A stretch of DNA of 64,000 nt. Source: an uncultured bacterium. GTDB lineage: Bacteria > Patescibacteriota > Dojkabacteria > J137. The position numbers were made by a program, and so were the translations under genes. Positions 1 to 9,386 of this stretch are shown in pieces. Each line of letters opens with the position of its first letter. Within the stretch, counting starts at the first letter, position 1. Below the pieces are notes generated by a model. That model saw only the letters and a list, made by a program, of their open reading frames with translations, made no database searches and had not been told where the DNA came from. The DNA lies in contig OY969472.1 of the NCBI GenBank assembly GCA_963700155.1, positions 936,690 to 1,000,689 of the forward strand, read 5' to 3'.

Positions 1-44
1 ATTCAAGTGGTCCAGTTAGTGGGTCAAATCATTCAGTTGGAGGT

Positions 45-920
45 TTGGTTGGATTTAACGAATATAATATTTTCGATTCTTACACAGTAAGTCCAGTTTC
101 AGGAGATGCTGAAGAAATTGGCGGATTTACAGGTTATAATGATGACACTATTGAGTATTCTTTTTGGAATACACAGACTGCCCTACAATCTGATGCTTGT
201 GGAAATGAAGATTGTTCATCAGATGCAGTAGGAAAAACTTCTTCACAAATGAAATCTGAAGCAACATTTACTACAAGTCTCGGCGCAAATTCATGGGATT
301 TTGATAATACTTGGGCTATTAGTGGTGGAGTTAATAATGGTTATCCTTTCTTACAATGGAAATATGCTGATGATGGTGATTATGATGGAAATCCTGATTC
401 GGTTGAAAATGCTGGACCAAATAGTGGTGATGCAAATAACGATGGGATTTTGGATAGTCTTCAATCTAATGTTACAAGTTTTGTAAATACAATTACAAAT
501 ACATATTCAGTTTTAGAGTCAAATTGCAGTTCAAATTCTGGTGTTGATATTATGGAAGAACCTAATGATTATTTAGATAGTGGATTTGAATATCCAGCGG
601 GACTTATGGATTTTACATTACATTGTGCTGTTGGAGGTACAGCAACAGTTACTCAATATTATTATGGTGACTTGAGTGCAGATCAAATAGTTCCAAGAAA
701 GTATAATTCTACAACACATGTTTATACTACGATTCCAAATGCCGTTGTTACTGACGTTATGATCGGTGGTGAAAATGCTATAAAGGTTGTATATGAAATT
801 ACAGATGGTGGAGATTTAGATCAAGATGGAACTGCAAATGGAGCTATAGTTGACCCCTCAGGACCTTCTATAAATACAGCAGGAGTACCTGACACGGGAC
901 TAGGAAAACTCGGTGTATAA
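45..920 (+). CDS. Secreted acidic protein with thrombospondin-type-3-like Ca-binding D-x-D-x-D-G repeats (DGDYDGNPD, NNDGILD). Likely 5'-partial: the frame stays open to the window start and the annotated start is TTG.
   Basis: ORF track. Asp/Gly-rich calcium-binding-like repeats. Ends VPDTGLGKLGV immediately upstream of a sortase gene. Confidence 0.4.
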   Translation: MVGFNEYNIFDSYTVSPVSGDAEEIGGFTGYNDDTIEYSFWNTQTALQSDACGNEDCSSDAVGKTSSQMKSEATFTTSLGANSWDFDNTWAISGGVNNGYPFLQWKYADDGDYDGNPDSVENAGPNSGDANNDGILDSLQSNVTSFVNTITNTYSVLESNCSSNSGVDIMEEPNDYLDSGFEYPAGLMDFTLHCAVGGTATVTQYYYGDLSADQIVPRKYNSTTHVYTTIPNAVVTDVMIGGENAIKVVYEITDGGDLDQDGTANGAIVDPSGPSINTAGVPDTGLGKLGV

Positions 921-931
921 TTGGTTTAAGT

Positions 932-1696
932 ATGAAAAATAAATCTATTAAATTAAACCAGAGTAAAAAAGTTTTTCAATTAAAGGGCTTTGGCCAAAAG
1001 GCCAAAGCCCTTTATTATGCAAAAACTTTATCAGTATATAAATTAGTTAGAAAAACTACAAAGTATGAAAATTACAAAGCATTGATTTCAATTTCTTTAA
1101 CGGTTTTAATACTTGTTGTAGGTATCTCAATCTATAAATTTCCTACTTTGGTTGAACCTAAAGTTCTTCCGATTAATACTATAAAAGCTACTATCCTAAC
1201 ATATTCAACTGATCACCCGAGCGAGGATCAAGTAAGTGATTATCATGTTTCAGATAAAAATCCCCGCTTAATAAATTTCCCTTCTCTAGGAATTAAAGGT
1301 TTTATAGAACAAGTTGGTGTTGATCAAAATAATGCAATTGCTGTTCCGGATAATATTAATATGGCAGGTTGGTATGTAAATAGTGTAAAACCTGGTGAAT
1401 CTGGGTTAAGTATAATAGATGGACATGTCGATGGATTGTATAGCGATGGTGTGTTCAATAAAATACAATTCCTTCAAAAAGATGATACATTTGAAGTTGA
1501 ATATGGTGATGGACACGTTGTGAATTTCAAGGTTGTTGATATACAAACTCCACTAAATGCTGGCGCTGCTAAAGTTTTATATTCTAAACATTCTGATATA
1601 AAAAGTCAGTTAAACTTAATTACTTGTGGGGGAACGTATTCAAAAGATAAAAAAACATATGATCACAGAGTTATAGTTGTATCCGAACAGATTTAA
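932..1696 (+). CDS. Sortase family transpeptidase with an N-terminal TM anchor.
   Basis: His motif IIDGHVDG, Cys motif LNLITCGG (TLxTC-like) and a downstream Arg (DHRVIV). Overall sortase beta-barrel pattern IPSLGI...PGE.G. Confidence 0.55.
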   Translation: MKNKSIKLNQSKKVFQLKGFGQKAKALYYAKTLSVYKLVRKTTKYENYKALISISLTVLILVVGISIYKFPTLVEPKVLPINTIKATILTYSTDHPSEDQVSDYHVSDKNPRLINFPSLGIKGFIEQVGVDQNNAIAVPDNINMAGWYVNSVKPGESGLSIIDGHVDGLYSDGVFNKIQFLQKDDTFEVEYGDGHVVNFKVVDIQTPLNAGAAKVLYSKHSDIKSQLNLITCGGTYSKDKKTYDHRVIVVSEQI

Positions 1697-1884
1697 TAGT
1701 TATTCATTTTTTAAACAGTGGTACAAAAATGTTGAAATAATCATTTACACTTGAATAGACTTTTGTAACATACCAAATACAAGGAGTATTCAATATAGGG
1801 AAAGTTGCTGGACCAGTCCTGAAACGTCAGATTGAACTAAAAGTAAATATATCTTCAATGAATTTTCTGTTGTAAGATGATGAT

Positions 1885-2589
1885 ATGTTAAAAGTATTCA
1901 CACAAAATTGTTTTGGAACAAATATCTTTACATCAAACTTAAGACTTAAGTTTATCAGGGATTTTATTGAGGTTGAACAACCTGATTTTGTTTTCTTGCA
2001 AGAAATAATTTTCAAATTTCAAGTAGATACGATTACTCCAAATAATTATTCAGCTATATTTGTCTCAAATGGATATCTTGTTGATGGAGGTTTACTAACT
2101 TTAGTAAGAAATGATTATCAAGTTTTAAAATCTTACTTTAAAAGGTATTCAAAACAAGGAAAGATTTTAAGTAGTCAAATTTCTGATAGGATTTTAAGGA
2201 AAGGGTTTTTAGATGTTGAAGTAGATACAGATTTTCATTTAATAAACACACATTTGCTTGCAACTTACTCTAAGGAATTTATTTATGATAAAAACCAAGA
2301 GTCACAATTAATAGAATTATATAAATATTTGAAACAATTCAAAAATTTTATACTTGCTGGAGATTTTAATTTTGATGAAGATTCAATATTTTATAAAAAA
2401 CTATTAAAAGAATTGGATTTGAATGATTTAACTTATAAAATGGGGAATACTTCATTAACTAGCGCTAGAAAATTAGACATTATATTTCATTCTAAACCCT
2501 ATAAAGAAATTGAAAGAAATTTTGTAGATTATAAAGCAAAAAAGTATCCCTCTGATCACAAGGGCATTATTGTTGAATTTGGAGAATAA
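1885..2589 (+). CDS. Endonuclease/exonuclease/phosphatase (EEP) family protein.
   Basis: Motifs DFVFLQEI, GDFNFDE and SDHKGI are typical of the EEP / DNase I-like fold. Confidence 0.55.
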   Translation: MLKVFTQNCFGTNIFTSNLRLKFIRDFIEVEQPDFVFLQEIIFKFQVDTITPNNYSAIFVSNGYLVDGGLLTLVRNDYQVLKSYFKRYSKQGKILSSQISDRILRKGFLDVEVDTDFHLINTHLLATYSKEFIYDKNQESQLIELYKYLKQFKNFILAGDFNFDEDSIFYKKLLKELDLNDLTYKMGNTSLTSARKLDIIFHSKPYKEIERNFVDYKAKKYPSDHKGIIVEFGE

Positions 2590-2595
2590 ACTAAC

Positions 2596-2640
2596 ATGGG
2601 GTAGAACATGGTGTTCAGTCAGAGAACTATTTATACAGAG
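2596..2640. repeat. 45-nt direct repeat copy 1 (atggggtagaacatggtgt...), about 39/45 identical to the copy at 4426..4470.
   Basis: Seen directly. The two copies flank the arsR/trx/arsP-like cassette. Confidence 0.6.
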
Positions 2641-2662
2641 CCTAATAACTCTCTAACTGAAC

Positions 2663-3640
2663 TTACAAAATAATATTAAATAAATACCCTGTGAAAATTA
2701 TCCCTAAAGTCAGTATTGTTATATAAATTGCTAATAACTTTGGCTTTAAAACCTTTCTTAGAATTATCATTTCAGGTAAAGATAGTGCTGTAACTGACAT
2801 CATAAAAGAAAGTGATGTACCAATCGGCAGTCCTTTTTCTATCAAAGATTTTACTATAGGAATAGTACCAGCAGCATTTGAATAAAGTGGAACACCAATC
2901 AAAACAGCTATCGGAACTGCTAACCAATTATCTTTACCTGCAATTTGGGCCAAAAAGTTTTCTGGAGCATAACCATGTACTAAAGCTCCAATTCCCACAC
3001 CAATTAAAACATAAGGAAAGACTTTCTTAATAAGGTCTTTTGTGTATTCAAATGAGTCTTTCATCCTCTCTTTAAAGGTTAATTTGACTAATCCTATAAC
3101 ATTTTTTATAGCAATCTTCCAAACATAGTCTTCGACTAAATGCTCAAGCTTTAATCTTCCAAGAATAAACCCTGCAACTGTTGCAATAATAAGCCCAGAA
3201 ACAACATACAATAGCGCAACACTTGGTCCGAACATACCTAGAAGCAAAATAGCTGCAACTTCATTAATCATTGGAGCTGAAATTAAAAAGGAGAAAGTTA
3301 CTCCAAGCGGAACACCTGACTCAACTAGTCCAATAAAAAGAGGGACTGCTGAGCACGAACAAAATGGCGTTATTATGCCTATCAATGAAGCTAATAAATT
3401 TCCAACAATCTCGAACCTTGTGGATAAAAACTTCTTAGTTTTTTCAGGCGGTAGATATGACCTTATTATTGAAACAGCATAGATTATTACACATAAAAGA
3501 ATAAATATTTTTATGCTGTCATAAATAAAAAAGTTTAGAGAACCAGCTATTATGCTTGTTTTATCAAGATTTAGTAAAGAGTAAGTGAGCCAATCAGCGA
3601 GTATTTGTATTGGGTAAAAAATATCCATATTTATTTGCAA
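2663..3640 (-). CDS. DUF318/ArsP-like permease. The TPFCSCS motif suggests an organoarsenical or metal efflux permease.
   Basis: Polytopic membrane protein with the TPFCSCSAVP motif. Forms an operon with an ArsR-family regulator and a thioredoxin-like protein. Confidence 0.5.
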   Translation of the reverse strand: MQINMDIFYPIQILADWLTYSLLNLDKTSIIAGSLNFFIYDSIKIFILLCVIIYAVSIIRSYLPPEKTKKFLSTRFEIVGNLLASLIGIITPFCSCSAVPLFIGLVESGVPLGVTFSFLISAPMINEVAAILLLGMFGPSVALLYVVSGLIIATVAGFILGRLKLEHLVEDYVWKIAIKNVIGLVKLTFKERMKDSFEYTKDLIKKVFPYVLIGVGIGALVHGYAPENFLAQIAGKDNWLAVPIAVLIGVPLYSNAAGTIPIVKSLIEKGLPIGTSLSFMMSVTALSLPEMIILRKVLKPKLLAIYITILTLGIIFTGYLFNIIL

Positions 3641-3921
3641 TTACAATCAGTATTATTGCAATCGCAGCCTCCGCTAGTCATTTCTTTTCCATTCTGGATT
3701 AAATCTTTAAGCTTAGTAATATCATTAGAAAACCCAACCATTACAGGCTTGCCATTAACAGCTAGTACAGGCGATGACATAATTCCCATTTCGACAATCT
3801 TAGTTATGTCGGTGATATATTCTACTTCAGTGTCAATCTCTAAATCTTTAACTGCTTTCTGAGTAATCTCATAAAGTTTTTTACATGTTGGACAACCTGA
3901 ACCAAGCACTTGAATGGTCAT
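3631..3921 (-). CDS. Thioredoxin-fold redox-active disulfide protein (GSGCPTC) with an unusual Cys-rich C-terminal tail (GGCDCNNTDCNCK).
   Basis: N-terminal CxxC motif typical of the small 'redox-active disulfide protein 2' family. Overlaps the permease gene by 10 nt. Confidence 0.5.
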   Translation of the reverse strand: MTIQVLGSGCPTCKKLYEITQKAVKDLEIDTEVEYITDITKIVEMGIMSSPVLAVNGKPVMVGFSNDITKLKDLIQNGKEMTSGGCDCNNTDCNCK

Positions 3922-3938
3922 AATTTTGTAAATAATAA

Positions 3939-4268
3939 TTAGTTAATATCAATGAACTTAAATAGTTTTGCAATTTTGTCTTTCATCGATGACTTAATGA
4001 AGTAAAAAAGCTGATTACCTTTTCTTTCCTTATCGAGCACTCCACCTTCTTGCATAACTTTCAGATGGTGTGAAACTAGATTTTGAGGAAGTTCAATTTT
4101 CTCAGCCAAATCACAGACGCAAATCTCTTCATTATTCAAAATGCAAAGAATTTTTATTCTATTCGGCTCAGATATAATCTTTAAGAGGTCTGCTGAAGAA
4201 TCAATTTGGTTGAATCTGCTAGTATTTTCATCACAACATTTTGCTTTTGTCATAGTTTTGTATATCAA
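3939..4268 (-). CDS. ArsR/SmtB-family metalloregulator (wHTH).
   Basis: HTH segment ICVCDLAEKIELPQNLVSHHLKVMQEGGVL. First gene of the three-gene minus-strand operon. Confidence 0.6.
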   Translation of the reverse strand: MIYKTMTKAKCCDENTSRFNQIDSSADLLKIISEPNRIKILCILNNEEICVCDLAEKIELPQNLVSHHLKVMQEGGVLDKERKGNQLFYFIKSSMKDKIAKLFKFIDIN

Positions 4269-4425
4269 TAGGTATTGATATAGTAGCCCGACGTTGAAAC
4301 TATGTCAATAGATATTGATATAGTTTTGAGAATATTTAATTAAGAAAATTCTACTAATGTTATATATTAGTTCTGATGAAAGATGTTAGAACTTAATTTT
4401 TGCAGACAGATAAATGTTATAGACA

Positions 4426-4470
4426 ATGGGGTAGAACATGGTGTAGAGTTAGAGAATTATTCATACAAAG
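4426..4470. repeat. 45-nt direct repeat copy 2 (see 2596..2640).
   Basis: Seen directly. Confidence 0.6.
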
Positions 4471-4495
4471 TTTATTGAACTATTCTTTATAAAAT

Positions 4496-5239
4496 TTATT
4501 CTGTAAAAGTCCAGCCTAAATCAGCCTTCGGATATTCACATATCAAAATGCCTGCCTGATGCCTTTTTAATGAGGTAATGGTTCCATCAGGACACACAAA
4601 TGATGAAGGCATTCTAGAGTAGCGAGATGAAGAATTACTTCCAGAAATATACATTAAGCTATCAGTTGACCTAGTAATGAACTGCGCTCTCATTAACTCA
4701 TCCATACTATTTTTTGGTTTGGAACTGTTAGCGTTATAGAAAGATATAAACAACACCTCTACACCTGCATTTTTATAATCTTGAAAAAAACTAGGAAAGT
4801 TTGAATCGTAGCAAATTAAAAAACCGCACTTCACACCTTTTATATCATAGACAAGGCTATTTTCTTTGTTTTCAAACTTCTCTTTTTCCTTCCCATACAA
4901 ACGAGATTTGATGTAGTGACCTGCTATCTTGCCTTTATCCGTAATCAAGCAAGTAGCATTAAATGGGTTTCTATTTCCTGAGCTAGGTTGATGTACACCA
5001 ATTACGATATTTATATCAGACTCAGCAGCAATTGTTTTCAAATCTTCCATAGATTTATCCAACAAATTCCAATCAATTTCGGCTATCTCAGTCTGGTATC
5101 CTGATAGTGCTAATTCTGGAAAATGAATTACCTCCACTTTGGATTTTGCAGCTTCTTTAATTTGCCTGGAAATATAACGCATATTTTGTGCGATGTTGGT
5201 CGACACTGGGAATTGGCTTACAGCAATTTTAAGTTTCAT
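4496..5239 (-). CDS. Carbon-nitrogen hydrolase (nitrilase superfamily).
   Basis: E-K-C triad context: FPELALSGY, KSRLYGKE, LICYD. Overlaps the upstream gene by 11 nt. Confidence 0.65.
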   Translation of the reverse strand: MKLKIAVSQFPVSTNIAQNMRYISRQIKEAAKSKVEVIHFPELALSGYQTEIAEIDWNLLDKSMEDLKTIAAESDINIVIGVHQPSSGNRNPFNATCLITDKGKIAGHYIKSRLYGKEKEKFENKENSLVYDIKGVKCGFLICYDSNFPSFFQDYKNAGVEVLFISFYNANSSKPKNSMDELMRAQFITRSTDSLMYISGSNSSSRYSRMPSSFVCPDGTITSLKRHQAGILICEYPKADLGWTFTE

Positions 5240-6023
5240 TGTCTATCTGATAAAACTTATAAAATTCTTCAATACCGCACTTAGGAATTAGAAGTTTCAT
5301 TGGAAAAGTCTGCAATAATTCATCAATGTTTTTGGCTTCTTTGATTTTACTTAAAAATTTGATTTTTACTTGTTCATCTACTTCCTTTTCACTATTTATA
5401 AATTGCCCCCATATTCCACTGCTTCTTGGGAATGGAATTTCTTGAGTTCCGATTCCATTCATAAATGTTGAAGGAAATAATCTTCGATACGCTTCATAAT
5501 TGTATAGCCATGAACCTCCAGCAACATATTTTGCTGATGGAAAATTAGCTTTGATATATTTAAACATTTCCGCCAGCTCCTTCAAACGCTGTTCAATTCT
5601 TTGGTGAGAAAGTGGACCGAGTCCGCTTTTATCTTGATTGGAAAAATGTAGAGTTATTGTTTCCTTTGGTTGTTCATATTCGAATCTAAAACATCCAAAT
5701 CGTATTTTATCTGGAGACTTAATATTTCGTCTTTGTTTTTCATTTTCTAAGAAAAGATTATATGCAGTCTCAGCATAATTACCAACAGCTCTTGCAGATT
5801 GTAGGAAGTTTTGCCATATAGGATTATCACTATTAAACTGCCAATCCTTGACCCCTATCCGTTTGTAAAAAGCAGTATATTCCATCAAGCACTCCTCTAA
5901 AGTCTTTCCTGTAAGCTCCATAGCTTTTAATGCAAACTGGTACTGTAAATCAAAGTGTTCTCTAGGTATATCAGGTTTAAATGCTTCTTCTACTTGCTCA
6001 TCTAGATTCATATTGCTTGGCAT
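5229..6023 (-). CDS. Hypothetical protein, translationally coupled between the SAM methyltransferase and the C-N hydrolase.
   Basis: ORF with overlaps at both ends. No recognisable motif. Confidence 0.4.
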   Translation of the reverse strand: MPSNMNLDEQVEEAFKPDIPREHFDLQYQFALKAMELTGKTLEECLMEYTAFYKRIGVKDWQFNSDNPIWQNFLQSARAVGNYAETAYNLFLENEKQRRNIKSPDKIRFGCFRFEYEQPKETITLHFSNQDKSGLGPLSHQRIEQRLKELAEMFKYIKANFPSAKYVAGGSWLYNYEAYRRLFPSTFMNGIGTQEIPFPRSSGIWGQFINSEKEVDEQVKIKFLSKIKEAKNIDELLQTFPMKLLIPKCGIEEFYKFYQIDNET

Positions 6024-6769
6024 TTAAAAATAATTGTTGGAGTTACAAGATTTGCCCTGAATTTTGAATAATATCTTGAGGGATTATCAGATTGTCTTTC
6101 GCTGTAAATTTCTGGATTTGGTTCATAAACTTCAGAGATTTTGAAACCACTTTCATTTAATAAGTTAATCCAGGTGGAAATTTTTCTATGCTGTATATAT
6201 GCCCCACTACTGCCTACCCAGTCTGCTACAAATCTTGCCCCTTCATCTAGATAAGATTTATCCATGACTAATTTGTTATTTTCAACATTAAATCTTGAGT
6301 AAAATGGATGTTCCCAACTCCAAGTAAAATATCCCCCTTTATTTAAATAACTTCTGATATTTTTTAATGTCTTTTTCGGTGAAGTAGTCCAACCAATAGC
6401 ATAAACGGAAAATACAAAATCAACTTTCTCAGATAATTGAAGGTTTTCTTCCATAGAATTAAGATAAAGCACAACTTTGCCTTCTTCTATAGCCTTTTTA
6501 TTCAAATCTGAAGCTAATTCTTTTTGTTTTTCGGATATGTCCAACCCATAAATTTTCTTAGCACCTTTTTCAATAAGGTAGTGAATAGAATGTCCACTTC
6601 CAAAGCCTATTTCCATAATAGTTTTGCCTTTTATCTCACCTAGTAAGTCTATCTTTCTAAATTCGCCAAATGGTCCCCATGAAGGTAAATATAGACCGCC
6701 CGAAAATTTTTCAGCTACCTGCTCCCATGCTGCTTTATTTGTTTTAAGTATCTTATTAGGAACTACCAT
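6008..6769 (-). CDS. Class I SAM-dependent methyltransferase (Methyltransf_11-like).
   Basis: Motif I IMEIGFGSGHS and motif II-like KIYGLDIS. Confidence 0.65.
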   Translation of the reverse strand: MVVPNKILKTNKAAWEQVAEKFSGGLYLPSWGPFGEFRKIDLLGEIKGKTIMEIGFGSGHSIHYLIEKGAKKIYGLDISEKQKELASDLNKKAIEEGKVVLYLNSMEENLQLSEKVDFVFSVYAIGWTTSPKKTLKNIRSYLNKGGYFTWSWEHPFYSRFNVENNKLVMDKSYLDEGARFVADWVGSSGAYIQHRKISTWINLLNESGFKISEVYEPNPEIYSERQSDNPSRYYSKFRANLVTPTIIFKCQAI

Positions 6770-6814
6770 ATAGGTCTTTTCAGATTAATATCAAATATTT
6801 GTTAAGTTATCTTT

Positions 6815-7051
6815 CTAATCTATATTACTATTTTTTAAAGTATCATCCTGAGCTAATTCTTCAAGTAATGAACTATCAATGAGTATTTGTGAGAATGTTT
6901 CAAGTTCTCCTATTAGTTTTCTAATCTGTTCATCTGTATATTTCTGTCCTTCCTTTTCCAAAATTTTTCTTGCTTCTTCAACATTCATGATTATTATTTC
7001 TGTATTGAACTTCATTGAATAGCTTTTAATAAAGATTGAGTTACATGCCAC
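6815..7051 (-). CDS. Small helical hypothetical protein. The true start may be the internal Met (MNVEEARKILEK).
   Basis: ORF overlapping the 3' end of the C5-MTase gene. No motif. Confidence 0.3.
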   Translation of the reverse strand: MACNSIFIKSYSMKFNTEIIIMNVEEARKILEKEGQKYTDEQIRKLIGELETFSQILIDSSLLEELAQDDTLKNSNID

Positions 7052-7995
7052 ATCATAACTGGGGGTACTGCATTTCCTAATACCTTGTATGACTTGGTTT
7101 TTGATTCATGAAGTTTAAAAGTATCTGGGAAAGATTGTATTCTAGCAACTTCTTTTGGTGTGAACATTCGGTATCTTCCATTTATTTTTAAAACTGGGTC
7201 GGTACTATTTAAACTTACCTTAGCAAGGTGTGCACCAACAGTATTAGAAGGTAAGTTAATATCCTGTGCCCTGCCCTTATTCATTTTCTTGTTAGAGTTT
7301 AGCAGTCCTTGTACAGCCCTATCACTAAAATAATAATGACTTTCTATTGTATCCTCATTCTCAATAATTGTTTTTAATGCGACTTTATTTTCTACATGAG
7401 TTGGAATTGGGAACTCAAATTTTTCAAAAGCATCTTTGTCTCTAAATCCAACTATAAAAACTCTTTCTCTCCTCTGAGGCACTCCATAATCGGAGGCATT
7501 AAGAAGTTTATATTTTATAAAATAACCAGCTTTAGTAAATGTCTCAATAATCAAAGGAAAGGCTTGTTTCTGATTTGCAGATAATAGACCTTTTACATTT
7601 TCAGCAATGAAATATTTCGGTTTTTTATTTTCAAGAATCTTATACATTTCAAAGAATAATTTCCCATTTTCATTTTTATATCCTAATCTTGGGGGATTCT
7701 GAGCTACTATTGAAAAAGACTGGCAAGGAAACCCACCAATTAATAAGTCGTGTTCAGGTACTTCCGAAATATCGAGTTGTCTAATATCATTACAAATAAT
7801 TGGGTGTTCAAAGTTATCGTTATAGACACCACAGGCGATAGGGTCATTATCAATTGCATAGTTAATTTCAAATGGATTCTTGGCGTAAAGATTGTCTAGA
7901 AAATTAAATCCTCCGACTAATCCTAAATCCATTCCTCCACAGCCCGAGAAGAGAGATGCAACTCTTATTTTATTTCTACTAGTAATTTTTCCCAT
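7012..7995 (-). CDS. DNA (cytosine-5)-methyltransferase.
   Basis: Motif I FSGCGGMDLG, motif IV GGFPCQSFS, motif VI ENVKGL, motif X LGNAVPP. Confidence 0.85.
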   Translation of the reverse strand: MGKITSRNKIRVASLFSGCGGMDLGLVGGFNFLDNLYAKNPFEINYAIDNDPIACGVYNDNFEHPIICNDIRQLDISEVPEHDLLIGGFPCQSFSIVAQNPPRLGYKNENGKLFFEMYKILENKKPKYFIAENVKGLLSANQKQAFPLIIETFTKAGYFIKYKLLNASDYGVPQRRERVFIVGFRDKDAFEKFEFPIPTHVENKVALKTIIENEDTIESHYYFSDRAVQGLLNSNKKMNKGRAQDINLPSNTVGAHLAKVSLNSTDPVLKINGRYRMFTPKEVARIQSFPDTFKLHESKTKSYKVLGNAVPPVMMWHVTQSLLKAIQ

Positions 7996-9386
7996 TGTCC
8001 TGACTTTTCATTATATATAATTTCTGCACCATTTCTTGGAAGCATTTGAAGTAGATTTGACTTATATTTCCCCACAGGGTCTTGAATTACAAATAAATCT
8101 AAATCTTCCTTAGATATTAGTAACCTGTAGACAAAATACCTATTGTTATGTCCTTCTGCTGAAGTCCATTCACTTGGAGTCATGTGGAATCTATTTACAC
8201 TTAATCTTCCCTTACTTATTGTAGTTTTTACCTCAATATATCTCCTTGTACCATCAAATTCAGCCGATTGAATATCATAACCAACTGCATACTGGCTAGG
8301 TATCTTTTGTACATATGGAAGGAATTGTTCACCTCCAATATTAATTAGCCTTTGTTTTTCATGCCTATAAATAATAGCTTCCCCAGTATCACCAATCTTT
8401 TTAGTTCTCAGTTCATTTTCTTCAAAAATATCTTTCAAAACTTCGGCAAGTAATGCGTGAACAGGCTGAACCTCACTATCCACTCCTTCGAGGTAGGTAG
8501 TCAAATCAGTTGAGAATAAATCCGTAGATAGTTTAGTATTGACGTATTTGAACCAGTTAAAACTAGCCTGATTTATTATTGTATAGTCTTTTTCTTCAAT
8601 ATTTAAATTATTGTAAAGAGAGTTATATCCATCAAAATAATTACTGCTCTTAATAAATGCCTGAATTACTTCATAGTTTGATTTATTTAAATAATATTTA
8701 TTATTGGGTTGAAGAATCAACAAATCAGCCAAAACTAAATAGTCTAGTATATCTCCTGCATATCTAATAACATCACCCTCCCAGTCATAAGTTAACTTCT
8801 TTTTTTTATTTTCTTCAATTAGTTTGAATACATCTTCTGTTTGATATTCTCCAGTTGTAACTCTTAAATCATTAAATATGCAATGTGTCGCTTCTGCTTT
8901 ATCAATACCAAATCTTTTTGAAGTAGTTATCTCACCATAATCTAAAAGAGCAAGTATAAATTTTGCAGGTTTAAACTTTATTTTAGAATTTATTAACCCT
9001 GCAATCTCTTGTGGTTTTAAATGTCCACCTGGATATTGAAAGTAATATAAAAAATATCTAAAAAATTCAATTAAATCTTGGTTCTCAGCTAACAGTTTTG
9101 CCATTGGTGATGGAGACATTGTTCCATCTGCGTTGTTGCTTATTAGTCCGAATAACGCAGATATTTCTGTTCTCCAATTGTTAATAGTCTTTTCAGTTTT
9201 ATCTAAGTTGCTAGGGAATAGTTTAATTGCAGAGTTTACTTTCTCTATAAAATTAGCCTTTGGTAGAGTTGGAATTTGAGACAACTCATTAGACATATAG
9301 AACAAAACGTTTTCTACATCATTTTTAAATCGTGGTCTTACGTGATGTAATCTAAAAAAATGTTCCTCAGGTATGATATATTTCAT
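7965..9386 (-). CDS. Putative restriction endonuclease with a C-terminal PD-(D/E)xK nuclease domain of DUF3883-like type.
   Basis: C-terminal GYDIQS...IEVKTT...FHMTPSEW...YFVYRL pattern (D...EVK core). Gene is sandwiched between two C5-MTases and overlaps both. Confidence 0.45.
   Translation of the reverse strand: MKYIIPEEHFFRLHHVRPRFKNDVENVLFYMSNELSQIPTLPKANFIEKVNSAIKLFPSNLDKTEKTINNWRTEISALFGLISNNADGTMSPSPMAKLLAENQDLIEFFRYFLYYFQYPGGHLKPQEIAGLINSKIKFKPAKFILALLDYGEITTSKRFGIDKAEATHCIFNDLRVTTGEYQTEDVFKLIEENKKKKLTYDWEGDVIRYAGDILDYLVLADLLILQPNNKYYLNKSNYEVIQAFIKSSNYFDGYNSLYNNLNIEEKDYTIINQASFNWFKYVNTKLSTDLFSTDLTTYLEGVDSEVQPVHALLAEVLKDIFEENELRTKKIGDTGEAIIYRHEKQRLINIGGEQFLPYVQKIPSQYAVGYDIQSAEFDGTRRYIEVKTTISKGRLSVNRFHMTPSEWTSAEGHNNRYFVYRLLISKEDLDLFVIQDPVGKYKSNLLQMLPRNGAEIIYNEKSGQWEKLLVEIK

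Noticed and set aside
301-486. Short antisense or alternate-frame ORFs embedded in longer genes throughout the window (for example 301..486, 1827..2015, 7396..7584, 13266..13481, 17034..17246, 17943..18269, 36602..37516 and others).
   Set aside because: All are fully nested within longer, motif-supported ORFs and have low-complexity, AT-driven composition.
900-920. VPDTG as a bona fide LPxTG sorting signal.
   Set aside because: It is followed by only 6 residues with no hydrophobic or charged tail. It is mentioned as a low-confidence finding, not annotated as a signal.
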